Source: Octopus bimaculoides (taxonomy: Eukaryota). Taken from it: DNA of 64,000 nt. Positions within the stretch are counted from its first letter, which is position 1. Each line of letters opens with the position of its first letter. Where the stretch lies: NCBI RefSeq assembly GCF_001194135.2, contig NC_069008.1, positions 9,040,539-9,104,538 on the forward strand, given 5' to 3'. The notes beneath the pieces were generated by a model that was not told the DNA's origin, made no database searches, and saw nothing but the letters and a program-made list of their open reading frames with translations. Below are positions 12,380-24,159 of this stretch, piece after piece. The position numbers were made by a program, and so were the translations under genes.

Positions 12380-14260
12380 TATTCATGGACACTAAGAGAT
12401 CTTTGGCCTTTTTGACGATTTTAAAGATGTGGTTCATCCAATGCAGATCATTGTTGATAATGATTCCTTAGTCATGTTGACCTGCAGAATTTTAGTGTAG
12501 TCAAGAGGAGTTAGTTAATTCTGGGCTTTTCCCTCCAAAAATCTTTAGCTGTGTGCTTATCTACAGCAAGCTTCAGTTGCCGGTGAGCAATTCAGGAAAA
12601 GATTTATAGCATATAGTATCTGTTTCTTTTATCTCAAGGCAGAGCTTAATGTCATATTTCATACTTCATGTTGATATATGCAACAAGAACAGATCTCTGC
12701 AGTATACAAAATGTCATTGCATCAGGAGTAGAATGTCCTCGTACCATGATTACTTCATTTTGACTTCAAACAGTTATATTGATTAGCCCTCGTGTCCATT
12801 GCAGAGAATTTCGCCTCAGGTTGTTTGTGTGGCATATAATTATAGGCTTTGGCAAAGTCGAGATAGATAATATCGAACCACAAGCTGCCATCTTTGATTC
12901 AGATGATATCTCCAAGAAATTTGGTGAGGTGGCCATAGCAATTAAATAAAGTTATGAGAGTTCCAGAATCTCTCTCTGACACAGGATGCCATCAATCTGA
13001 CAATGTAGCTAGTGAAACAAACTGGACAGTAATGACAGGTGATATACAATTGTCCTTTTTGAACAGAGAAATAACACTGGCAATGTTTTGGGTTAACACT
13101 TAAAATAAGAATTGGAAGGGGAGCAAAAGCTGGTGCAGTAGAAAGAGCCTGCTGCATTTGAGAAGCAAACAAATAACACCAACACAATTAGGGAAAAGCA
13201 GTTATACAAACGCTTGAGGTGGTGTTGCGGCATTGCAGGAGCGAATTCCACAGATGCTATAGAATTTAATGACAGATGTGAAGATGGTACATTTGGATTT
13301 TTTCCAACAGTAAAAATGTCAGTATAGCATTTGGCAATAATTCTGTGCACTCTTTGAAATCATCAGTATTCTGACTTGTCTGAGGATTACGAAGAGGGCC
13401 AGCTAAGAGTGAGGCCTCTGTTTCACTTAATTGAGTTGAATGCTGTGTGTCGTTCAAATTTTATTACCCTTTTATATTAGACATCTATTTGATATGGTTG
13501 TATGCTCTGTTGTGCCTTGTATTATTCTCTGTTCTGTATATATGTATTGTTGTTTATCGTCCTATCATTCTTTCCTGGCAAAGTAGACTGCTGCAGTCTC
13601 CCTAGTTTCTCTTTTGAGATTCCTAACTTGTTTTATACAGTACTGATGCTTTGTATGATGCAATGCAGATTGAAATACAGATATGCTGAAGGATAGTCTT
13701 GACATTTCTGGAATCAAAAAATGCAAGCTAGTTTGGGCACTATAACTTAGTTCCATAGGAATCCCAGTCAGCTTTGTTCCAGACAAAGTAAGCAGTTTGG
13801 AGGTGGTGACAGCTTTTCATTCTGCCCATAAGGGATAGATTAGTAATAAGTGTAGCATGATCAGAGTTGCCTAAAGGTACTTAGTATTGATGCCAAGTTT
13901 TGGGAGCAATGTTAAACAGCAGATTCAATGTGTTGTTATTTCCTGTGGTTGAGGTGACTACTTGAGACCAGTTTGAATCCAGTTCTAAGAAAATCATTTG
14001 CACTTTGTGTCACATGGATGGTTTCCCTACGAATTTCTGGATAACTGAGGTCACCATTAATAAAAATATAGGTGGCTGTTTTCCTAGATGTAACTCTGAA
14101 GATGTTAAAAACCTGTGTTTTGAGGGTAGTTTGAAGGACAGCAAACAATTCATTGATAAACTTATAAGACTGTCTAGGGTTAAAAAAAAAAGGTGGGTGG
14201 GCGGCATACAGATGTACTGTAACTACAGAATGTATTTAAACAGATTTTAAGCAGAAACAA
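12380..14260 (-). pseudogene. Degenerate CR1/Jockey-group LINE ORF2 (APE endonuclease plus reverse transcriptase)
   Basis: Minus-strand motifs across frameshifts: INGDLSYPEI, GNNTLNLLFN..PLGNSDH (endonuclease); QKG..CHYCPVCFTSYIVRLM, DIIYLDFAKAY, LGIIINNDLHWMNHIFKIVKKA-like (RT). Confidence 0.85.
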
Positions 14261-14655
14261 ATGGAGACACTTGACTTTATAAACAAAATCTTCGTGAACA
14301 GGTATCAGTCAGATTTCTTTCAGCCCTGTGTTGGGATTTCATTAATTATCCACAAAACTACTGCTTGTGAATTTATTATTACTCATGGCTTAAGTAACTT
14401 AGAATTTTGCATATGATAGCTGTTCAATATATTTATTCATGCAAAGCTGATGTTTCTCTCTGTCGCTACTCTGCTCTTCATCACATGATTGATTCTTCAG
14501 ATGAATGAAAGTTGTCAGTCAAAGGACCTATGAGTATATACATGTGTATGGACACAAATGTGTATGGACACAAATGTGTATGTCTGTATGGTGACACACA
14601 TATGTATTTGTGTGTGTACATACCGTTACATACAAATTACATACATCCACATACA

Positions 14656-14693
<38 letters not shown>

Positions 14694-14700
14694 TATATAG

Positions 14701-15167
14701 ATACTAGCCTTGAAGAAGCCCTTNNNNNNNNNNGTACCTTTGAGGCCTTTGGCCCTGCTATCGGGCCGCTTCGTGGCCTTCTACCTTTGTGTAATGAAGC
14801 TTCTTTCTGCAAATGTGCTAAGCACTGATGTTGATCATAGTTTAATCAATAAACAATGGAGCAAGGTAAATGCAGTAAAAATAGGGGGTCAGTGGGACCC
14901 CATTTATGTTGCTCTTCAGAAATTGAACCTCCTTACAATACTCCCGGGGTTGTTTATGGTATGAAAGTCATTGTCATTGCTCTGATTCGGTCGCCAATGT
15001 CAGGTATTTAGTTTAAAATGCAGTAAAAATAGTAGTCAATAGGGCCCCGATTAGATGGCCCTTAAAAAAATAGATTCCCTTCGGACATTCCCTAGGATTG
15101 TCCTTGCACCAATGGTCTTGGAGAAGTTAACGAACAGAGAAACATCACTCAAATTTATATTAAGGGA

Positions 15168-15171
<4 letters not shown>
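14701..15171. mobile_element. Possible non-autonomous Helitron/Helentron-like element inserted in (TA)n
   Basis: Starts ATACTAGC, contains short GC hairpins (GGGGGTCAGTGGGACCCC), ends CAGAGAAACATCACTCAAATTTATATTAAGGGAAGAT, and is flanked by TA runs. Confidence 0.35.
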
Positions 15172-15214
<43 letters not shown>

Positions 15215-15218
<4 letters not shown>

Positions 15219-15403
15219 GGGGTGCTGAAAAGTTTCTGGGTATTGTGAAAGGCCTGGTTGGAGGCCCAGCCTTCTCAGTTTTTTTACAGGGCTTAGAAAA
15301 ACTGAAGGACTGCTGCAATAAGTATGTGAATCTGAGAAGGGAATATGTTAAATAAAATCATAATCAACTGATCCTCCTGTAGTTTCTTTTCAGTACCCCC
15401 TCA
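15215..15403. mobile_element. mariner-type MITE (TA TSD)
   Basis: TA-TGAGGGGGTGCTGAAAAG ... CTTTTCAGTACCCCCTCA-TA. Second copy in opposite orientation at 52092-52308. Confidence 0.85.
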
Positions 15404-18400
15404 TATGTATATGTATAGATGTGTGTTTACACATATAATTTCTTATGTATATTTAAGAATTAAGAAACTTGTATATTCAGTAGCTGACTTTAAGTGTTTC
15501 CCATAAATACAGGATAATTGTAATATAATATGCAAGCAATTACATTTACAGTCATACACTGAATGTACACACCCAGAGTGCATATGCATGCATATAATTA
15601 TTCACACACATACATACAGGCTCTGTTATTTCCACATAATGTAAGTAGGCTCTTTAGAAATTACCTCCTGGTTATTATGCTGATGCATTGACATACATTC
15701 ACTGATTGGAGCAATGAAAGAGGCCTCTAGAAATAGTAACTGAATGTCCCTAAAATCACATGTATTTTTTTTTTAAATGCATTGATAATATAATCTTGGA
15801 TACAAAGAAAAAAAGAACCAGAAAAAAACCCAAAACATGGGATGGTCATAGCTGGAATTAGTTTTCAACAAAACCTGAACAAAGATAAATTTTGCTTGTT
15901 CGTTTTTACATCCAATTTTTCCATGCTAGCATGGGTTAGATGAATATATTATTGAGGCATTGTTTTATAGCCAGAACCCTTCTCATCACTAACCCTTACG
16001 TTTCTTTAAATGATTTTAAAGAATGAAGATGGCTCTACCTTCTATTAAAATGTTTTGAAAACTTTATGAATTTTGTTTAACCTTTAGCGCACTGTAGGTG
16101 CATCAAGTTGCCATATGAGTTTCATGTCCTGCAGTTGCTGAGCAATGGCAGGGGAAATAATTCTAGAGACAAATGCAGTGTCTCTAGAGCACAACTGGAA
16201 ACTTGGTACATCATCATCAATATCCACTTTTCCATGCTTACATCGGTAAGACAATATTCATTAGGGCATGTTTTCTAAAGCCTGATGCCTGTTTTGCTAC
16301 CAAGCTTCTTTGTTTTGCAAGCAAGATAATATTTCTCCTTGTACTTCAAATGTGAGCATGATAGCCGGATGTGATTTTACCAAAGATTGCAAATAAATGA
16401 CACTGAAAAAAAAAAAGAAAAAAACCCCCAGAAAATTCTTCACTAACCCTTTAACTCCACACGAATTAAGTAAGATAGGCTTCAATAAGATCACAACACA
16501 CAATTATAGCATAACTATAGTTTGGTGCCCCCCACTACAACTTTATGGACTGATAACTTTTTTAATAATCCTTTCTATTAAAGGCTTGAAAATTTGGCAG
16601 AAGGCGCTTGTTGACTGCATTGACCCCTGCGCTCAACTGGTATTCATTTCATTGGCCATGAAAGGACAAAAGTCAATGGTGGTGGTTTTTGAATTCAGGA
16701 CGTAAAGCTGGAAGAAATGCCATTAAGTAATTTGTCTGGCATGCTAATTGTTCTGCGAGTTTGCTGCCTTCATTAATGTTTTGATAATGCAGATTTACAT
16801 GAAATTAAGAAAAAAATTGGTTTCATTTCATCAACATAAATGTCATGTACACCACTGGAAAAATGTATTTCTGCAAAATATTACAAAATATACATTAAGA
16901 AAATTACAAAGAAACTAAATGGAGTGGGAGTGCTACTTAAAAACTATTTTCACAAATGTTTTGACTTATGCTTTTTTTTTTTTTAAGGATGGAAGAGTAA
17001 GTGCTTTGATCGGTTAAACACTAACAGTGTAGATAAAAAAAAAAATGTTGCTATTTATATAAAACAAAAAAACTGAAATTCAGGCATGAGAATGAACTAG
17101 TGTAACTACCATTGTTGTTTATCCCCAGGTCAGTCTTGATTGAGTAGACCTATGATCAACTCCCTGACTATTGTCTTTTTTTAAGACGGAGATTTGGAGA
17201 TCCCTTTTATAATCATAAACTTCCACATACATAAGACATGTCTGATACACATGTGATTGTGAGTGGCTGCTGTCTCTCAGGCTTACTTACTATGTAGAAG
17301 TCTCCCTCACTGGCTCATACATGAGACTGTATGATTGAACACAGGTCCTCAGCTGTTCTTCTCACTTCTTACATTATCCTCTGATCCTTGTCTTATCTCC
17401 TCTCAGGCCTACCTCACTGACTTCTCCCTCCTGTTGTATCCACCTTGCTTGGGCTTTGCACTAATCACTTCTGTCAGTGCTTCTGTCTCAGAACATTGCT
17501 TTAAGATTTCCCTGTTTGTGTCACTATGCAGATGTTTCTGAAGAACTTCAACCACATCACTCACTGGCATTGGAGGGTCTGTAGAGGCCATGAATACTCC
17601 CTTTTCTTGCAGAACAAACCACAGAGGAAGGAAAAATACAAGAAAGGTGAATGGGTGGGTGCAGTGATATTGCAGAGCTCCCTTGTTGGCTCATTAAAAA
17701 GCTTTATAGTTAAGGGTGGTGGCATGTTAAAACACTTAACTCTAAAGTGTTTAGGAAGTTTTGTCACTGTTTGACTTTATATTTCAACCCTTCTTGGGAC
17801 AATAAATTCTTTCTAATTTTGGACAAGGCCAGCAGTTTTGAGGGATAGGAGAAGTTGATTAAATCAACCCCATTGTTAAACTGGTACTTGGTTTATCGAA
17901 TCCTAAAAGATGAAAGGCAAAGTCAACCTCAGTGGTATTTGAACTCAGAATATAAGAAACTGTTGTCCAGCATCGTAATGATTTTACCAGCTCACTGCCT
18001 GGGACAATCTATTATAATCTCTATCTACAGATGCACACACTCTCTTTATTTCTCTCTCTCAACATTTTCATTTTTATTTGATTGCTGATTTTTTTCTAGT
18101 AAAAATTAATAACAATATATAAGTAAAGATTTTTGCACCTCAAAATTATTTTTTCTGTATCTCTATGGATGTTTGACTGTTCTGGAAGATTTTTCTGCTT
18201 GAAACGTTGTAAAGTTAATAGAATATATGATAAGTAAATAAGTAGTAATTTTAAAGTCATAAAATATTGTCTATTGAAAGAAAGCTTGATAATATTGTCT
18301 GTTTAAAGAAAGCTAAATGTAAAAGGAAGGTAATTATAAATCTTTACAAATACTTGCTGATACAGTGATGTTTGTAAATATTTATGATGGAAGAATTTTG

Positions 18401-18617
18401 CCAAGGCGGTGAAGTTTGTCTTCAAGATCTTTTTCCGTTTTGGGAGAGAGAGAGAGAGAATGCATAGACGATGCTGGAAAAATAAAGTTTCTGTGTGTAT
18501 GCCATTAATGTAATCCTGAGTAATTTTGGACTTTGTATGGTTATGTATAGAAATATAAACAAACTAACGTACACACACACACACACATATACACATAAAT
18601 ATACTTATCCACCTGCT

Positions 18618-19105
18618 ATGGAGAATGAATCAGACAGAAGGCAACGGTTAGCCAGAGAGAGACAAAGGCGAAGAACAGCCAGTCTCATTCAGGAAGAACT
18701 GGGCGCAGGAAGATTAAACAATACATTAAGGTTATTAAATCAATCACAAGAAGTGAGATGAGTGCAAGACGCAAGAAGACAGGCTTGAAGACGTCAAAAT
18801 GAAAAGGAGCACCTAACTGCACAAAGGAAAGATATCCAGAGAGAGAGAGAGAGAGAGTAACACAAAAGTGCCAAGATGAATCAGAAGAGCAAGCAGTAGT
18901 GAGGAGAGAATCTCTAAGAATGAGTGCATTGCAAAGGTGACAAGATGAAACAGAAGAGGAAGCAACACAAAGGAGAGAAATCAAAAAAGAGAGAACATCG
19001 AGAAGAATGGAAGAATTGATACTGAAATGGACCATCCAAAAACAAGGGGAACTCATTGCTGGTAGGGTTTTCACTAGAAACGAGGGGTTGAAGCAATTAC
19101 TGAGA
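18618..19105 (+). pseudogene. Helitron-like RepHel N-terminal charged repeat region, disrupted
   Basis: MENESDRRQRLARERQRRR...DESEEQAVVRRESLRMSALQR*QDETEEEATQRRE. E(S/T)EE..R units are typical of Helitron N-termini. Three TGA stops and a frameshift in (GA)n. Confidence 0.55.
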
Positions 19106-19441
19106 TAAAGGTTGTAATGTTTTTATTTTAATTTTATTTTCCGCATCATTTTCATGCTGTCATTTCTGATGGCACGGGTAGACTAGTGAATTAATAAGTA
19201 CCTGAGAAGTATTGAAGTCAATTAAGTTGATTGTCCCCCACCCTTGGTCTGAGAAGAAAACAAAAAGAAACATTGTGGACTTGTGCCACTCATGTTATAT
19301 GTCGTTTGAATTTCATGAACAACACACATTTTGCAATCTTCCACAAGTTGCTCATGTTTGAAGAACTATATCATCTTGGGATTAGGTGAGGATTGGCAAT
19401 AGGAAGAGTATCCAGCTGTTGAAAAGCTACCTCAGTGAATC

Positions 19442-20173
19442 GGATCTTTCTGATTTGGCGGGCGCCACTTGTTTTCTTAATGAAACACTTTCAAACTTGG
19501 GACGCTGGTAGAATGTGTCATATAAAACATCTTTTACTCTTAGTGTTGTTGAGAAAATTTTATCTTTTTAAAGTTATTTTGTGTTAAAATTGTCGTATTT
19601 CAGTAATTTCAACCAATCACTGACGTCTATTGATTTGAAAACAATTACCTCTGTGGAATGTAAACAACACGTTCTAGTGGTGTAATGGGAACTTTTCCCT
19701 TGAATAAAATTAGTGCCGTTGTTTGTCAACAACAACTATCGGCAGTACTGTTATTTATGACATCGTTCGTGTGTTTGTACTGGTTTTAGCTAACCCTAAA
19801 ACCTTAACCCTAACCCAAACCCTAACTCTAAAACCGAAACCCTAACCCTAAAACCCTCAAGCTAAAACCAGTACAAACGCACAAATGATGTTATAGATAA
19901 CAGTACCGCCGATAGTTGTTGAAAAACAACGGCACTAATTTTATTCAAGGGAAAAGATCCCATTACACCACTAGAACGTGTTGTTTACATTCCATAGCAG
20001 TAATTGTTTTCACTTCAATAGACGTCAGTGATTGGTTGAAATTACCGAAATAGGACAACTTTTAACACGAAATAAGTTCAAATATAAAAATACGAAGTTT
20101 TAAAGTGTTTCAGTAGAAAACACACTGAATAAAACATAAATAAAAAGTGGCACCCGCCAAATCAGAAAGATCC
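19442..20173. mobile_element. Non-autonomous fold-back DNA transposon, Merlin-like (GG...CC ends, 8-bp TSD), with (CCCTAA)n in the loop
   Basis: TIR GGATCTTTCTGATTTGGCGGGCGCCACT / AGTGGCACCCGCCAAATCAGAAAGATCC. TSD AGTGAATC at 19434-19441 and 20174-20181. Inner inverted arms ~19572-19791 and ~19860-20075. Confidence 0.85.
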
Positions 20174-20459
20174 AGTGAATCTCATGTGACCCATGCAAAC
20201 ATGGAATATTGGTCAAGAAAACGATGATGATAACCCTTTAGCATTCAGATTAATCTGTCAAATGTAATGCGCATTTATTCACAATGTTCTGAATTAATTA
20301 TGCATTATCTTATAATTTCGAGATTTCAGTGATGACATCATCATTTGTCTGTTTTCCATGCTAGCATGCTTGCAATTCAAAGGTTAGTCATATCATACTA
20401 CATTGTTCACACTGATTCTGCCTTATATTAAGGGTTTATCATTTTAATGTTCAATTTTT

Positions 20460-21005
20460 GGCAGAATTCTGGTTTAAACACCCCATAGAACCCCTTGTGA
20501 CTTTTCTAGTTTTTGGAATTTTCCCCCCAAATTTTTTAAAATTTGTGTTCTACACATGAGAATTCATACAATTATGCAAAAAAAAAAAGCAAATATTTTT
20601 TCGTGTGAGATTTAAAGGCAATTTAGCTGTTATTTTTAGCACATCTCACGACCACCTGATACCTTACTTTTTGTCACTGACATATATTGATGTTTTTCAA
20701 TATTTTTCTCCCTGTAAACACATTTAATGAAATGAGGATGCACTCAAGACTGTTCCATTGTTGGTATTTAAACAAAATATTAGGACTGTCTATTTTAAAC
20801 ACAAATTTTAAAAAAACTTTCAAGAAAGGGGGGAAATTTTAGGACTTGTGGGGCTGGGGCTTACAAAAATTTTTTAAAATTTATATTTTTAAATAATCAT
20901 GAATTCCTGTGTGTAGAATACAAATTCGCAAAAATTTCATGAAAATGTCAAAAATGAAAAATAGTTAAGAAGGGTTATATAGAGTGCTTAAACCAGAATT
21001 CTGCC
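20460..21005 (+). mobile_element. Non-autonomous DNA transposon with GGCAGAATTCTGGTTT TIRs
   Basis: GGCAGAATTCTGGTTTAAACAC ... GTGCTTAAACCAGAATTCTGCC, with imperfect inverted similarity extending ~100 bp inward. Confidence 0.8.
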
Positions 21006-22191
21006 CACTTTTCCCTGCTTGCAAGGATCAGACGAGTTTATTGAGGCAGATTTTCTATGGCTGGATGTTCTTTCTGTCACTAACCCTCACTTGTTTCAAG
21101 TGAAAGTAATATTTCCCCAATGGCCAGACATGTTTTTGCTGAATATTTGAGAAGAACGACCTTCATTTATGACAATGATGCAGTGTCAGGGCAAGGAGAC
21201 ACAAACACCCACACATGTACACATTTTTGATTCCTTAATGATTTTGTCCCTAACAAGGATCGAAGCCATTGTAATGTAAGGGACTACAAAGAGGGAAAAC
21301 GAAGTGGGGTCTAGAAATTCAAAAGATACAAATTGACAGAAAGCGTAGTTCTTTAGAATTCCGATTTCTTTCTCAAATATATTTAATTTGATTTAATCAT
21401 GCATTGTCTTATAGCTTCAAGCTTTTGATGATATTGTTTATTTTGAGTATGACATTGTAGAGTAGGTGTGAGAAGCCAGATCTGGCTGGTTTGAACATAA
21501 AACATATAGAATATTTTGGGCCTATCAGGCTGGTTTGAATGCTACTGGCACTCCGTAGTTACGATGATGAGGGTTCCAGTTCATTCAATCAATAGAATAG
21601 CCTGCTCATGAAATTAACATATAAGTGGCTGAGCACTCCACAGACACATGTACCCTTAATATATTTCTCAGGGAGATTCACTGTGACACAGAATGTGACA
21701 AGACTGGCTCTTTGAATTACACGTACCACTCATTTTTGCCAGCTGAGTGGACTGGAGCAGCGTGAAATAAAGTGTCTTGCTCAGGGACACATGTCATTGG
21801 AAATTGAACTCATGACCTTACAATTGTCAGCTGAATTCCTTAACCACTATACTTATGGGTTAAAGGGCTGAATATCATTGACCAGAGGAAAACAAGACGA
21901 TGGTAGTGAGTTTCAGAGCGCAAGAATTTAAGAAAAGAAGCTATTGAAATAAAAGGATTTTATGACTAACAGGAAGTTCAACAGAGAACCAATGTGCTTG
22001 GGTAGAGAAGAATGCAATACATTTACACATTTAAAGGTTTTGACAGAGGGTACTAGACCAGAAAGTTCACCAGAGCAATGGCAATGAAAATACTTTTAGA
22101 AAAGTCACAACAAAGATACATTTTGACAATGAGCCAAAGATCCTATCCTAGTAGAAACAAGAGGACCCACCATGTCAACAACTCGATTCTG

Positions 22192-22229
<38 letters not shown>

Positions 22230-22674
22230 TATGTGTCTTTGTGTGTGTGTTTGTCCCCACCACCATTTGACAATAGTGTTGATGTGTTTATGTCCCTGAA
22301 ACTTAGCTGTTCAGCAAAAGAGACTGATAGAATAAGTAACAGGCTTAAAAAAATAAGTACTGAGGTCGATTCATTCCACCAAAATTCTTCAAGGTGGTGC
22401 CCCAGCATGGCCACAGTCCAGTGACTGAAACAAGCAAATGATAAATGATATATAGCATATGATTTGGTAAATCTCTCACAAGGCTTTGGTTGGTTTGGGG
22501 CTATATAGTTGAAGACACTTGCCCAAGGTGCCACACAGTGGGATTGAACCCAAAAGCATGTGGTTGGGAAGTAAACTTCTTAACTACATGGCCACACCTG
22601 TTTGTAAAATACTTCCACTACCTGTACTGTAATTCAAAATTAGTTGTACCTGTACTTCAAAGATCCAGTCTTGT

Positions 22675-22728
<54 letters not shown>

Positions 22729-23308
22729 CACACTATATGATTTTGATTCTACCTGTGGATTTATTAATAGTACATATGTCTGTGGGGTACTCAGCCACCA
22801 ACACACCTAATTTAGCAAGCAGATAGTTCATTTGGTCAAACAAGTGAAATTGGCTACACACACTCTCTGAAATGCTACTATCCTTTACAACATTCATATA
22901 CATTGACTTATTAGCTATTACACACACGCGCGTGTGCACACACACACACACTTATCAAGAAGTATGGTGAATGAGTTTATCTGATTAGCTTGTAGAAGTA
23001 GGCAACACAATTATGAAAAGGTTTGTGGGGTGTGTTAGTGTGGAATGTCAACATTTTTTGTCTCAGCACATAACGTTTTTCACATACTACATACACAGAC
23101 ACTCCCACTTTTTTCTCATGTACACATAATCCACAAACACACCCATTTTCTTTTCATTGTTTCTCACACCAATATACAAGCTTTTTATCATTCTTCTGCC
23201 TGCTCTCTCTTTCTCTCTCTCTCCATCTCTACCTCTCTCTCTCAATGTATGTAAGTATGTGTCTAATTTGCCTGAAACAAATATGAATTCTCTTAGGTCA
23301 CAGACACC

Positions 23309-24075
23309 TGATCTATTTTAAAACGGGGGCACCAGTTTTCATCTATGTTTTATGTAGTGTTTTTGGTACCGAAAGACTTTCAAACTTCGTATACTTATCT
23401 ATTTTGTGTTATAGAACAGAAAAAAATTTTTGTATTCAAATTTATTTCATGTAAAAAATTGTCTTATTTCGATAATTTCTACTAATCACTAACATCTATT
23501 CAGTTGAAAACAGTTAGCGCTGTAACGGTGTATATAGTATTAATCCCCTAACCCTAACTAGACTGTTAACCGTAACCGTAACCCTAAAACTAACCCTAAC
23601 TCTAGAATCCGAACTCTAAAATTGTTACACACATAGATACGCACAGCGTAATTTATTATATAAACNNNNNNNNNNNNNNNNNNNNNNNNNNNNNNNNNNN
23701 NNNNNNNNNNNNNNNNNNNNNNNNNNNNNNNNNNNNNNNNNNNNNNNNNNNNNNNNNNNNNNNNNNNNNNNNNNNNNNNNNNNNNNNNNNNNNNNNNNNN
23801 NNNNNNNNNNNNNNNNNNNNNNNNNNNNNNNNNNNNNNNNNNNNNNNNNNNNNNNNNNTAACTCTATTCAGCTGAATAGACGTCAGTGATTGGTTGAAAT
23901 TACAGAAATACGACAACTTTAACATGGAATAACTTGCGAATTCCTTTTTTTTTGTTAAGAAGACTAAGAGTAAAAGATGTTTTATATGACACATTCTACC
24001 AGTGTCCCAAGTTTCAAAGTATTTCGTTAGTGTTTCGTTAAGAAAATACTGGTGCCCCCGTTTTAAAATAGATCC
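23309..24075. mobile_element. Second Merlin-like fold-back element with telomere-like repeats; contains an assembly gap
   Basis: TIR (T)GATCTATTTTAAAACGGGGGCACCAGT / ACTGGTGCCCCCGTTTTAAAATAGATCC. TSD CAGACACC at 23301-23308 and 24076-24083. Shares arm sequence (AATAGACGTCAGTGATTGGTTGAAATTAC) with 19442-20173. Confidence 0.85.
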
Positions 24076-24159
24076 CAGACACCTTAACCACCAGCTCCTC
24101 TATGTATGTACAGACACACACACACACACACGCACTTTGTAAATATAGGTGCAGATGTG

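Noticed and set aside
17409-17640. 60-aa minus ORF (MASTDPPMPVSDVVEVLQ...) and a possible 34-bp + strand mini-exon (TTTTCTTGCAG|...AAG|GTGAAT)
   Set aside because: No recognisable motif, stops immediately downstream of the ORF, and a weak donor. Insufficient support.
19792-19859. Telomeric repeats as evidence of a chromosome fusion or healed break
   Set aside because: They are short, degenerate and enclosed within a TSD-flanked transposon.
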